This document shows positions 1-8,455 of a DNA stretch of 64,000 bases, piece by piece. Below the pieces are notes generated by a model, which saw only the letters and a program-made list of their open reading frames with translations, ran no database searches and was not told the DNA's origin. The DNA lies in NCBI GenBank assembly GCA_036351195.1, contig JAZBOQ010000143.1, forward strand, positions 29,526 through 93,525, in the 5' to 3' direction. Origin of the DNA: Thermoanaerobaculales bacterium. GTDB lineage: Bacteria; Acidobacteriota; Thermoanaerobaculia; Thermoanaerobaculales; Sulfomarinibacteraceae. How positions within the stretch are numbered: position 1 is the stretch's first letter; the number at the start of each line of letters is the position of its first letter. Position numbers and translations under genes: made by a program.

Positions 1-1748
1 GAGGGTTCCTCGGCGGCCGCCACCTCGGCCTCGGCTTCGATCTCCTCTTCGACGATGCCCCCGGCCTTGAAAGCCGCCGCCATGGCGGTCTCCACAGCCG
101 GCGCGTCAACGGCGTCGATGACCTCGCCGGAGTCGTCCTGATCCACGCTGTGCATCGAAAGACCGATCCGGTTCTCGTTCCAGTCGATGCGGAGTATCCG
201 GCAGGTCACCTTTTGACCGCTGACGAAGGTGTCCGCGAGACTGAGCCCGCCGTCGCGATCGATCTCCGAGATGTGGCAGAGGCCCTCAACGCCGGGCGCG
301 AGCTCGACGAAGACGCCGAAATCGGTGACGTTGGTGACCACGCCGCCGGCGAGATCGCCGACACCGTGGGCGTTGGCGTACTCCTCCCACTCGTTGGGGA
401 GCAGCTCTTTCATGGACAGCGAGATCCGCTGGTTGATCACATCCACCGACGTGATCACCGCCTCGACCTCTTCGCCCTTCTGCACCACCTCGGAGGGGTG
501 ATTGATGCGGCGGGTCCACGACATGTCGGAGATGTGAACGAGGCCGTCGACGCCGGGGACGATCTCCACAAAGGCGCCGAAGTCGGTGAGATTGCGCACC
601 ACTCCCTTGATACGGCTACCCACGTGGTGGGTGTCGGCGACCTGCTCCCAAGGGTTCGGCTCGATGGCCCGAAGCGACAGGGAGAGGCGGCGCTTCTCGG
701 CGTCAACCTCGGAGACGACCACGTCGATCTCCTGTCCGATCTCCAGGATCGAGCGTGGGTTCTTCACCTTCTTGGTCCACGACATCTCACTGACGTGGAC
801 GAGACCCTCGACCCCCTCTTCCAGAGCGATGAAGGCGCCGTAATCGACGATGCTCACGACCTCGCCGTGAACCCGCTTGCCCACGGGGTACTTTTCAGGC
901 ACCAGGATCCAGGGATCCTCGAAACGCTGCTTGTAACCGAGTGACACGCGTTCGCGCTCACGGTCGAAGCGCAGCACGACCACGTCGACCTCGTCTCCGA
1001 CCTTGAAGTACTCGCTGGGGTGACCGACACGTCCCCAGGAGATGTCGGTGATGTGCAGCAGGCCGTCGAGACCACCGAGATCGACGAAGACACCGTAGTC
1101 GGTGATGTTCTTGGCGACTCCGTTGACCAACTTGCCCTCTTCCAGGTCAGCCATGGTCTCTTCTTTGATCTTGCCGATCTCCTCTTCGAGAACCGCCTTG
1201 CGCGACAGAACAACGTTGGACCGGCGACGGTCGAAAGAGATCACGCGCGCCTCGATCTCCTGATCGACATAGTCCTCGAGCCGTCGGTTCGGCCGCATGT
1301 CCACCAGCGAACCGGGCAGAAACGCCCGAATGCCGATGTCCACCGCCAGGCCACCCTTGACGCGCTCGAGAACCTTCCCGGTGACGATCTCACCGTTCTT
1401 GTAGGCCTCTTCAACCACGCCCCAGATCTTCAGTTTTGTGGCCCGGTCGCGGGAAAGGCGAACCCGGCCCTCGGATTCGTCGAGCCGTTCGACGAAGACT
1501 TCGATCACGTCGTTGACGGCCACCGTGGGCTCGCCCGTTTCGGGATCGGTGAGCTCGTTGATGGGCACGCTGCCCTCACACTTGTACCCGATATCAATCA
1601 GAACTTCGTCCGAGTTGACCGCGACTACCGTGCCGTTGACGACCTCGCCTTCGCGCAGGCTCTGGAGGGAGCTTTCCATCAGCTCTTCCATGGAAAGCTG
1701 GTCCATTCCCTCTTCGTTGTCCATTGTGTTGTTCTGTTCAGGGTCCAT
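1..1748 (-). CDS. rpsA: 30S ribosomal protein S1 (C-terminal end lies beyond window start)
   Basis: Absent from the ORF track because no stop lies in the window. My reverse-strand translation from ATG 1748 reads MDPEQNNTMDNEEGMDQLSMEELMESSLQSLREGEVVNGTVV... and stays open to base 1. It has repeated S1-domain signatures (GLDGLLHITDISW, VEGLVHVSEMSW, VDGLVHISDMSW, VEGLCHISEI). Exact start Met is uncertain. Confidence 0.9.
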   Translation of the reverse strand, partial: MDPEQNNTMDNEEGMDQLSMEELMESSLQSLREGEVVNGTVVAVNSDEVLIDIGYKCEGSVPINELTDPETGEPTVAVNDVIEVFVERLDESEGRVRLSRDRATKLKIWGVVEEAYKNGEIVTGKVLERVKGGLAVDIGIRAFLPGSLVDMRPNRRLEDYVDQEIEARVISFDRRRSNVVLSRKAVLEEEIGKIKEETMADLEEGKLVNGVAKNITDYGVFVDLGGLDGLLHITDISWGRVGHPSEYFKVGDEVDVVVLRFDRERERVSLGYKQRFEDPWILVPEKYPVGKRVHGEVVSIVDYGAFIALEEGVEGLVHVSEMSWTKKVKNPRSILEIGQEIDVVVSEVDAEKRRLSLSLRAIEPNPWEQVADTHHVGSRIKGVVRNLTDFGAFVEIVPGVDGLVHISDMSWTRRINHPSEVVQKGEEVEAVITSVDVINQRISLSMKELLPNEWEEYANAHGVGDLAGGVVTNVTDFGVFVELAPGVEGLCHISEIDRDGGLSLADTFVSGQKVTCRILRIDWNENRIGLSMHSVDQDDSGEVIDAVDAPAVETAMAAAFKAGGIVEEEIEAEAEVAAAEEP

Positions 1749-1750
1749 AA

Positions 1751-2557
1751 TCAAGACGATTCCTCCTCGATGGGCGCAGGTTCCCTGCGCACCAATCCTC
1801 CGTGGTTTCGAGACCTTATGGTGTTTCCACCAATTGTGTCAAGACGGTTTTCCATTCTCTGAGCCAGCTCGGCGAGCAGTCGCGCGACAACTTCGTCCAG
1901 AGACGATTCCGATGTATCCACGACAATCGAGCCCCGCGCCACGTGCAGGGGCGAGTCGGAGCGCGTGGAATCCTGCAGGTCGCGCTGGTGCTGTTCTCTG
2001 CGCACATCGTCCACTGTCGCCTCGATCCCCTTGGCGTGGAGATCCGCCTGCCGGCGCCGCGCCCTCTCGGCCGGGCTTGCAGTGAGGAAGACTTTCAAGA
2101 CAGCGTCCGGGAAAACAACGCTGCCGATGTCCCGGCCTTCCATGACGCCGCCGGATTCGAGCCCGATCCGCCGCTGGATCGCGACCAGGGCGCGCCGCAC
2201 CGCCGAAACTGCCGACACCGCCGATGCCATCAGGGCGCACTCCGGGGTCCGAATTACCTCGCTCACATCCTCGCCGTCCAACAGGACATGAAGATCCATT
2301 CCGGTGCCGGAGAGCTCGATGCGGTGGGTTGCCGCCAGTTCGGCGACCGCCGCCGCGTCCTTGTCATCCAGAGGCAGCTCGATGCCGGCACGCGCCGCCA
2401 GGAGACCGACGGCGCGATACATGGCCCCGGTGTCGATGTACGTCAATCCGAGACGCGACGCCAGGAGGCGCGCCACAGTGGATTTTCCCGCACCCGAGGG
2501 ACCGTCGATCGCGATGATCAGAGGTTTGGGGTTCACGGGGTCTGTGGTCGACGACAT
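1751..2557 (-). CDS. cmk: cytidylate kinase
   Basis: ORF 1751..2557. P-loop IAIDGPSGAGKST followed by LTYIDTGAMYRA. Classic cmk-rpsA adjacency, with the TGA stop 2 nt before the rpsA ATG. Confidence 0.9.
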   Translation of the reverse strand: MSSTTDPVNPKPLIIAIDGPSGAGKSTVARLLASRLGLTYIDTGAMYRAVGLLAARAGIELPLDDKDAAAVAELAATHRIELSGTGMDLHVLLDGEDVSEVIRTPECALMASAVSAVSAVRRALVAIQRRIGLESGGVMEGRDIGSVVFPDAVLKVFLTASPAERARRRQADLHAKGIEATVDDVRREQHQRDLQDSTRSDSPLHVARGSIVVDTSESSLDEVVARLLAELAQRMENRLDTIGGNTIRSRNHGGLVRREPAPIEEESS

Positions 2558-2661
2558 TTCGGGAGTTGCTTTCTTCCGCGACGAAACGGAACCGTCATTG
2601 TACGTCAGATCCTTCTTGAGTCCACCCCCCGACGAAACCGACCCGTGCTACGGTCGTCTCC

Positions 2662-4245
2662 ATGCCGCATCGGTCCCCGAAGCGACGTGCTCCCGACTAC
2701 CTTCGCGACGAGCGAAGGCTGTTTTCGCTTCCGTCTCACGGCCGCCTGAAGATCGGAGTGGGCTACCCGAACAGTTATTACGTGGCCCACTCTTCCCTCG
2801 CCTACCAGTGGGTTGTCGAGCTGACCGCCCGCACGTCGGAGACCGCAGTGTTCCGATTCTTCACGGATCCCCGGCCCGGTCGAACCCTCGAAAACGACCT
2901 GCCTCTCGGGTCGCTGGACCTTCTGGCGTGGAGCTGCTCCTTCGAGCTGGACGCGGTCCACGTTCTCGAGACGCTCGACGCCGCCGGGATCCCACGTCGG
3001 CGCCACAAGCGGAATGTCCGCCACCCGCTGATCGTCGTCGGGGGCGCCGTGGCCGCCATCAATCCCCTTCCCCTGGCAGCCGCCGTCGACATCTTCGTGG
3101 TCGGCGCCGCGGAACGTCTGTGGCCCGCGCTGCTGGAGTGTGTCCGCGAGATTCCCGACCGGGACGCGCTCCTGACCGAGCTCGCTTCCCGGGACGGCTA
3201 TTTCGTGCCCGGGCGCCACCTGGATGAACGGGGGCGGCCCCTGCGCCGGATCCGCCGGTTGGAAAAACGGGATCGGGAGATGGCGGACGAGGGAATGGTG
3301 CCCAGCTCCCACCTGGTGACCCCCAACACCGAGTACCGCAACCGGGGCCTGGTCGAGATGTCTCGCGGGTGCCCCGAGAAGTGCCGCTACTGCTGGGTGA
3401 GCTACAACTATGGTCGGCTCCGTTGTTACTCGAAAGAGGCGATTCTCCATCGGGTCCGGAGCCTCACCCGGATCACCGACCGAATCGGTTTCGTCGCCAC
3501 CGCTGTGGGCGATCATCCCGACCTGCCCGAGATTCTCTCCGAAAGCCGCCGTCTCGGACTCGACGTCGCGCTCTCGTCCCTGAGGATCCCGGCAATGATC
3601 CCTTCCATCCTTCAGCCTCTCGCCGAGTCCGGTGCCCGTTCGGTGACCATCGCCCCGGAGACCGGGTCCGACAGGCTCCGCCGCAGTCTCGGGAAACCGA
3701 TCGCCAACGACCGAATCCTCGCGGCCGTCGAGCATGCCCAGAGGTGCGGGATCACCGACCTGAAGATGTACTTCATCATCGGCCTTCCCGGTGAAACCGA
3801 CGACGACCTCGAATCCATCGGCGACCTGCTCGAAGCGGCTCGCGGCGTCATGCTCGATCACGCGAGGCGGCGCGGCCGGATGGGCATTCTGCACGCCGGT
3901 TGCAGCGTTCTGGTACCCAAGCCCTACACCCCGTTCTCCCGGGAGGCCTTTCTCCCGCGGCCCGAGTACCGGCGCAGACTCGCGCTGTTGGAGCGCCGGA
4001 TCAGGGGGTTGGACAACGTGAAGTTCGATCGCCCTTCGTACCGCGAAGCGCTGTGGCAGACCGTCCTCAGTCGCGGCGGGGCATCCACCTACGAGCTGCT
4101 GGATCAGCTCGCGGACCACGGCCACCTCGGCCGCCTGCTCACCGAGCACCGCGATGGCGCCGTCGCCGCCGCCGCCGCTGAGGCCGAAGACGCTCCCGTC
4201 TGGCGGTTCATCGCCTCAGCGCCGACTGTCACGAGCTCGGTGTGA
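2662..4245 (+). CDS. radical SAM protein (uncharacterised subfamily with N-terminal B12-binding-like region)
   Basis: ORF 2662..4245. CxxxCxxC cluster motif in MSRGCPEKCRYCWVSYNYG. The N-terminus (RLKIGVGYPNSYYVAHSSLAYQ) resembles uncharacterised rSAM families. Divergent from cmk. Confidence 0.8.
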   Translation: MPHRSPKRRAPDYLRDERRLFSLPSHGRLKIGVGYPNSYYVAHSSLAYQWVVELTARTSETAVFRFFTDPRPGRTLENDLPLGSLDLLAWSCSFELDAVHVLETLDAAGIPRRRHKRNVRHPLIVVGGAVAAINPLPLAAAVDIFVVGAAERLWPALLECVREIPDRDALLTELASRDGYFVPGRHLDERGRPLRRIRRLEKRDREMADEGMVPSSHLVTPNTEYRNRGLVEMSRGCPEKCRYCWVSYNYGRLRCYSKEAILHRVRSLTRITDRIGFVATAVGDHPDLPEILSESRRLGLDVALSSLRIPAMIPSILQPLAESGARSVTIAPETGSDRLRRSLGKPIANDRILAAVEHAQRCGITDLKMYFIIGLPGETDDDLESIGDLLEAARGVMLDHARRRGRMGILHAGCSVLVPKPYTPFSREAFLPRPEYRRRLALLERRIRGLDNVKFDRPSYREALWQTVLSRGGASTYELLDQLADHGHLGRLLTEHRDGAVAAAAAEAEDAPVWRFIASAPTVTSSV

Positions 4246-4257
4246 CGACGGGCGGAC

Positions 4258-5370
4258 CTACTCGAGAGGCCTCGGCTTGCCGGGCCGGCGGAGTCCCCGC
4301 GGCTCGATCAACACCGACACCTTCACCTCGGGGTTGTCGGGGTCATCGGTGGTGAGCACGAGGGTTTCCATGGCCCGGCGTTGGAGGGCTCCGGCCTGAA
4401 CGTCCTCGTCCAGGATCACCGCCACGGTGTGAACCTGCTGATCCACATCACCGTCGATCAACTCGGCCGTGAACAGCTCTGGCTTCGACGGCTCGGCCGC
4501 AGTGATCTTGAACTCGTCCGACCGATTGTGATGGACCCGCATCATCGCGGAACGTGCCGGCTCGTTGCCTTCTTGAAGGATCAAACGCACCTGCGTCGGC
4601 CTCGCTTCGATCACCGGTCGGAGACGCAGGGCATAGCTCACCGCCACATTGGGGACGTCGGGATGGTTGGTCGCGAACCGAAAGCGGCCGTTGATGCCCT
4701 GGGCTTCGAGATCGGGAGCGGTGGCGATGGTCATCAGTATGTCGCCTTCACGGCCCGCGAGCTCGCCCACGGTTCTCGGCGCTTCCAGCTTCTCCGTCGT
4801 CACGAGAATCCGCGGATCATGATGGTTGATACCGGTGATCTCCAGCGGTGCTCCATCTCTCCGGCGCACCAGCAGATAGCGCACGATCTCGTCGCCCTCG
4901 GTGCCGCTGAGGTAGACCTGCGGCCGCGGGAGCACCTCGATGGAGGCCACTGCGGTGAAACGGACGTTGAGGCTCAGCCGCTCGGCTCCCGTCGCATCGG
5001 TGGTCACCGAAATGCTCTTGGAGATTTTTCCGAACTGCGTCACCGAGGTTTTGACCTTCGCTGTGAGCTTTCCCGACCCACCTGCCGGGATGACCGAGTC
5101 GTGCTCGGCCACGGCGCATCCTCAAGACGGTTTGGCGCGGATGATCTTCACATCGACGTCGCCCCGGTTGTGGAAGATGAAGGTCGCCACCGCGTCCGTC
5201 CCCGCCTTGATCTCTCCGAGGTCGATGGTCGGTTCCTCCACGGTCAGCAGCGGCCCCACCTGGGGAGTGTTGCTGGCTCGTCCCTGGTCGCCGCCCTGTG
5301 CACTCATCGGCGCCGCGATCGCAAGCACACCGGCCAGCAGCACCGTCTTCAACGTTTCGCCACCCTTCAT
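4258..5370 (-). CDS. exported DUF1573-domain protein with in-frame TGA (candidate selenocysteine at codon 83)
   Basis: SD GGGAGGAA plus ATG 5370. Signal peptide MKGGETLKTVLLAGVLAIAAPMSA/QG. Reading through TGA 5124..5122 gives ...VKIIRAKPS-U-GCAVAEHDSVIPAGGSGKLTAKV..., the DUF1573 S-C-G-C-x...I-P-G-x-x-G core. Both track ORFs (5122..6414 tail and 4258..5112) are in the same frame. Confidence 0.6.
5090..5112 (-). promoter_or_regulatory. stem-loop 9 nt downstream of the in-frame UGA (SECIS-like position)
   Basis: mRNA sense GUGGCCGAG-CACGA-CUCGGUCAU forms 9 bp (including 2 G-U) with a 5-nt loop. The loop starts 18 nt after the UGA. Confidence 0.4.
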
Positions 5371-5435
5371 GGGTTCCTCCCGTTTATCGCGGACGCCGGA
5401 TTGTACCCCTTCCCGGGCCGGTCTTTGCCGGTTCT

Positions 5436-6212
5436 TTACACCAGATCGAGCTCCTGCTTGACGCCCCCATCGGTGGCGATGACCGTGCACCGCACGGGCA
5501 GCGAGCGCGAAGCCTGCTCCACCGCCTGCCTGACCAGGCGAACGAGTCCGCCGCAGCAGGGCACCTCCATCACCATGACGTGGATCGACCGGATCCCCGT
5601 CTGATCGATCATGGTGACGAGCTTGTCGAGATAGACCTGCTGGTTGGAATCGAGCTTCGGGCACGCGATGGCAAGGGAGTGGCCCGCCAGAAAGCGGCGG
5701 TGAAATCCCGCAGCCGCGAACGGCACACAGTCCGCCGCCAACAAGAGATCGGAGTCGGTCAGGAAGGGCGCCGTGGGCGGCACGAGGTGGAGCTGAACCG
5801 GCCAGTGCCGCAGCTGCGACGCCTCCCCACCGACAGCTTCTCTCCCCTCGGGCGCCGGCGGATCGAAGCTCCGGGTCGCGGAACCGGGGCAGCCACCCGC
5901 GGGTCCGGTGGTGATCGGGCTGATCAGGTCGAGAGAAGGGAGTGCGCCTTTCGGCGCCGGCGCCCGGCCGATCTTCTCGAGATGGGCGGCCACGGCATCC
6001 TCGTCGAAACCGTCCGCGTCTCGTTCGATGATGGTGATGGCGCCGGTGTGGCAGTCGCCGAGACAGGCCCCCAAACCGTCGCAATACGAGTCCTTCACGA
6101 GGGTCGCCTTGCCGTCGACGAGCTGAATCGCCCCTTCCGCGCACGCCGACACGCAGTCCCCGCACCCGTCGCAGAGTTCCTGGTCGATTTCGATGATCTG
6201 GCGAACAGCCAT
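5436..6212 (-). CDS. 4Fe-4S dicluster-type ferredoxin domain protein with Cys-rich C-terminal domain
   Basis: SD GGAGG plus ATG 6212 (MAVRQIIEID...). Motifs CDGCGDCVSAC and CDGLGACLGDC, then AADCVPF, IACPKLD and EVPCCGGL. Ends 65 nt upstream of the DUF1573 gene on the same strand. Confidence 0.75.
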   Translation of the reverse strand: MAVRQIIEIDQELCDGCGDCVSACAEGAIQLVDGKATLVKDSYCDGLGACLGDCHTGAITIIERDADGFDEDAVAAHLEKIGRAPAPKGALPSLDLISPITTGPAGGCPGSATRSFDPPAPEGREAVGGEASQLRHWPVQLHLVPPTAPFLTDSDLLLAADCVPFAAAGFHRRFLAGHSLAIACPKLDSNQQVYLDKLVTMIDQTGIRSIHVMVMEVPCCGGLVRLVRQAVEQASRSLPVRCTVIATDGGVKQELDLV

Positions 6213-6243
6213 GGTTGCCTCCGTCGTCCTCTTCCCGTTCAAT

Positions 6244-6287
6244 ATCGATTGATGACGATGGATATTCCTTGATATGGGTCAATCGAT
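6244..6287. promoter_or_regulatory. inverted repeat ATCGATTGA-N26-TCAATCGAT upstream of the Fe-S protein gene (possible operator)
   Basis: Perfect 9-bp arms at 6244-6252 and 6279-6287 in an AT-richer stretch, 32-75 nt upstream of ATG 6212. Confidence 0.25.
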
Positions 6288-6341
6288 TCACGCAATCTGC
6301 CGATGGGGTTGAATGTTTTCGAAACCAGCGAGCTGCTCCAT

Positions 6342-6518
6342 GAGGCACAATCGAACCGCGGAGGTGCTGAGATCGCAGAGTCTCCGCCGAGTCCTTTCTG
6401 ATCCATCGAATCATCCGATCGCGCGGTCTCCCTCCTGAATCGAAGGAGTCGGGGGGCAGAAAAACGATGCTCGGCGAATCTCAGCGTTCTTCGTGTCTCT
6501 GCGGTTCGTTTGTGCATC
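6342..6518. repeat. ~177-nt imperfect palindromic intergenic element (REP/MITE-like)
   Basis: Paired blocks 6342-6363/6497-6518 (19 of 22), 6366-6373/6478-6485 (8 of 8) and 6385-6391/6470-6476 (7 of 7). Central small hairpin CTCCT-GAATCGA-AGGAG. The right arm carries the core CTCTGCGGTTCGTTTGTGCATC. Confidence 0.55.
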
Positions 6519-6534
6519 CGCGTTCTTGTGCTGG

Positions 6535-7809
6535 TTACGATGTATCGCGCACACGAGGCCAGACCGGCGCTTCGGACATCACCGCGACGCGGTCCCGTGC
6601 GCCCTTGCTCCGCCAGCGGTCGGCGATCTCGTCGAGATCGATCACCGGGATGAACCCAAGGCGCTCGGCGATCTCGGGATCCAGCGCCGATTTCAGGTGG
6701 ACGCGGTATCGCGCGGTCTTTTCGACGATCCTCAGCGTCGTGTGGCCGTATTGAACATACCGTCGAGCCAGGCGATCGAGGATGGCCTCCGGACGAGGAT
6801 CAGCGAGAAACGGTTCCATGACCGACGACCCAACGCCGTCACCGAGCTTCGCAACGAACAGGACTTCCGCGCCCGGATTGGCGAATCGACAGATCGCGTC
6901 AAGTCTCTTGTGCGCCTGAATCAGCGTCGAGTCTCCCGGCCTTCCCCCACCACAACCCACCAGGTGGTCGAAGCCCGCTCCCACGACCCCGTACCACTCC
7001 ACGACCTTCTCCACCGCCGCGGCGAACGCCGTTCGCCACGGGCCACCAGACGCCCAGGCGATGCCGCCCAGCCGCCCGGGAACCAGGCAGACGGCAAAAT
7101 GCGGTGGATTGAGATCTGCGGCGCGCGAGATCTCCTCCGCCACCGGGTTTCCCTCGAGAACCCCCGGCTCGCAACTGGGATGGCGCTCGACGCCCTGGGC
7201 TCCCTGACGAAACACCAACGCGTGGTTGGCCTGAATCTCGTCGTAACCGGCGATGCCGGGGAAGATCATCTTCGGGCCGCCGCCGAATCCGGCGAAGTAG
7301 TGATGCATGACGCCACCGACAGTGACCAGAAGATCCGCCGCGGCGGCCTCGGCGTCGATGCGCAGCGCACGCCCCGGTCGAAGCTCCCCGACGGTGACCA
7401 GATGGTCATCCGAGCGACTGTCGTGCTGACGGACGGTGACTCCCAGCGGCACCTTCCCCACCAACTCGGCAATCTCGGACTTTACGACCTGGGGGTGGGT
7501 TCCGCACGCCACCAGGATGGTGATGGCGTCGGCCGGGACCGCCGCCGCCAGCAGTCGATTGACGATCACCGGCAGGACCTCGGGCAGGCACACCCGCCGG
7601 GTCGCGTCCGGAACCACGATGACCGCCGACCGCCGCTCTCTGGCCAGTTCGCTGAGATTCGGGCCTTCGACGGGGTAGTCCACCGCCCGCGAGAGCAGGC
7701 GGCCGAGATCGCCGACGCCGCGCGGCGCCGACGGCTGCAGTGGCCGGACTCGCAGTCCGCGCAGGTCCACCGCAACGTCATCCCGTCCATAGTCGAGCTT
7801 GACAATCAT
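6535..7809 (-). CDS. LarA-like (DUF2088, nickel-dependent lactate racemase family) protein
   Basis: Start ATG 7809 (MIVKLDYGRDDVAVDL...) inside track ORF 6535..8286. Motifs VACGTHPQ and HHYFAGFGGGPKMIFPG. ATGA overlap with the upstream AMMECR1 gene. Confidence 0.75.
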   Translation of the reverse strand: MIVKLDYGRDDVAVDLRGLRVRPLQPSAPRGVGDLGRLLSRAVDYPVEGPNLSELARERRSAVIVVPDATRRVCLPEVLPVIVNRLLAAAVPADAITILVACGTHPQVVKSEIAELVGKVPLGVTVRQHDSRSDDHLVTVGELRPGRALRIDAEAAAADLLVTVGGVMHHYFAGFGGGPKMIFPGIAGYDEIQANHALVFRQGAQGVERHPSCEPGVLEGNPVAEEISRAADLNPPHFAVCLVPGRLGGIAWASGGPWRTAFAAAVEKVVEWYGVVGAGFDHLVGCGGGRPGDSTLIQAHKRLDAICRFANPGAEVLFVAKLGDGVGSSVMEPFLADPRPEAILDRLARRYVQYGHTTLRIVEKTARYRVHLKSALDPEIAERLGFIPVIDLDEIADRWRSKGARDRVAVMSEAPVWPRVRDTS

Positions 7810-8381
7810 CGAAAATCCTCCTCGGAGAAGACCTCCGCCTGGAAGGCCGAGATCCTCGCAGCCGGATTTCGCCAGCACCCGGGCTGCATCCCGGCCTTGC
7901 GACAGGTTTGGTCGAGGAACTCCTCCGGGCTCCAATCGTATCGCTCGCCGACCTGGGGCAAGAGCAATCCGCGGAGGTGGCCCCGTTCGACGATGAGCCC
8001 GTCCCGTCCGACCCGGATCTCCTCGACGTTCGAGATCGTCCGCAGCGGAGACAGGGCCGAGATCTCGATGGTCAGCGAACTGAGCTCGGCGGAGGCCAGC
8101 GGCGGAAAACGGGGATCCTTGAAGGCTGCATTGATTGCGTTGCTCCGAACCGAAGACCACAACGACTCGGAGCCCACCACGTGCCCGATGCATCCGCGAA
8201 GCCGGTCGCCGTCCATCAGCGTGACGAACGCCCCTCTTTCTTGCCTCAGTGGTCCGTCGGCGGGCTCCTCGAGCTCGACGAGACACCCGTCGAGCGCACC
8301 GCGGATCACCGTGCGGGCGAGATCGAGGAGCAACCGACGCTCTCCCGCATCCAACGGCCTCGTCCAGCTCTCAGCCATCAC
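7806..8381 (-). CDS. AMMECR1 domain protein
   Basis: ORF 7806..8381. GAFVTL...LRGCIG...PRFPPL...LLLPQV pattern typical of AMMECR1. Confidence 0.8.
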   Translation of the reverse strand: MMAESWTRPLDAGERRLLLDLARTVIRGALDGCLVELEEPADGPLRQERGAFVTLMDGDRLRGCIGHVVGSESLWSSVRSNAINAAFKDPRFPPLASAELSSLTIEISALSPLRTISNVEEIRVGRDGLIVERGHLRGLLLPQVGERYDWSPEEFLDQTCRKAGMQPGCWRNPAARISAFQAEVFSEEDFR

Positions 8382-8455
8382 GATCCTCCGAACCCATTAC
8401 CGTAAGAGCGGCTCGTTGTGGTGTGCCGAACCGCATGGGTTTAGTATAGGCCCCC

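Noticed and set aside
5122-5124. Global reassignment of TGA (for example to Gly or Trp) as the explanation for the in-frame TGA
   Set aside because: TGA clearly terminates cmk, aroA, murB, the AMMECR1 gene and others in this window, and the genome is GC-rich. Only local recoding or a sequencing error remain as explanations.
5122-6414. 430-aa minus-strand ORF taken at face value
   Set aside because: Most of it overlaps the well-supported Fe-S protein gene in another frame. Only the last 82 codons (from ATG 5370, with SD and signal peptide) look real, and they continue through the TGA into the DUF1573 ORF.
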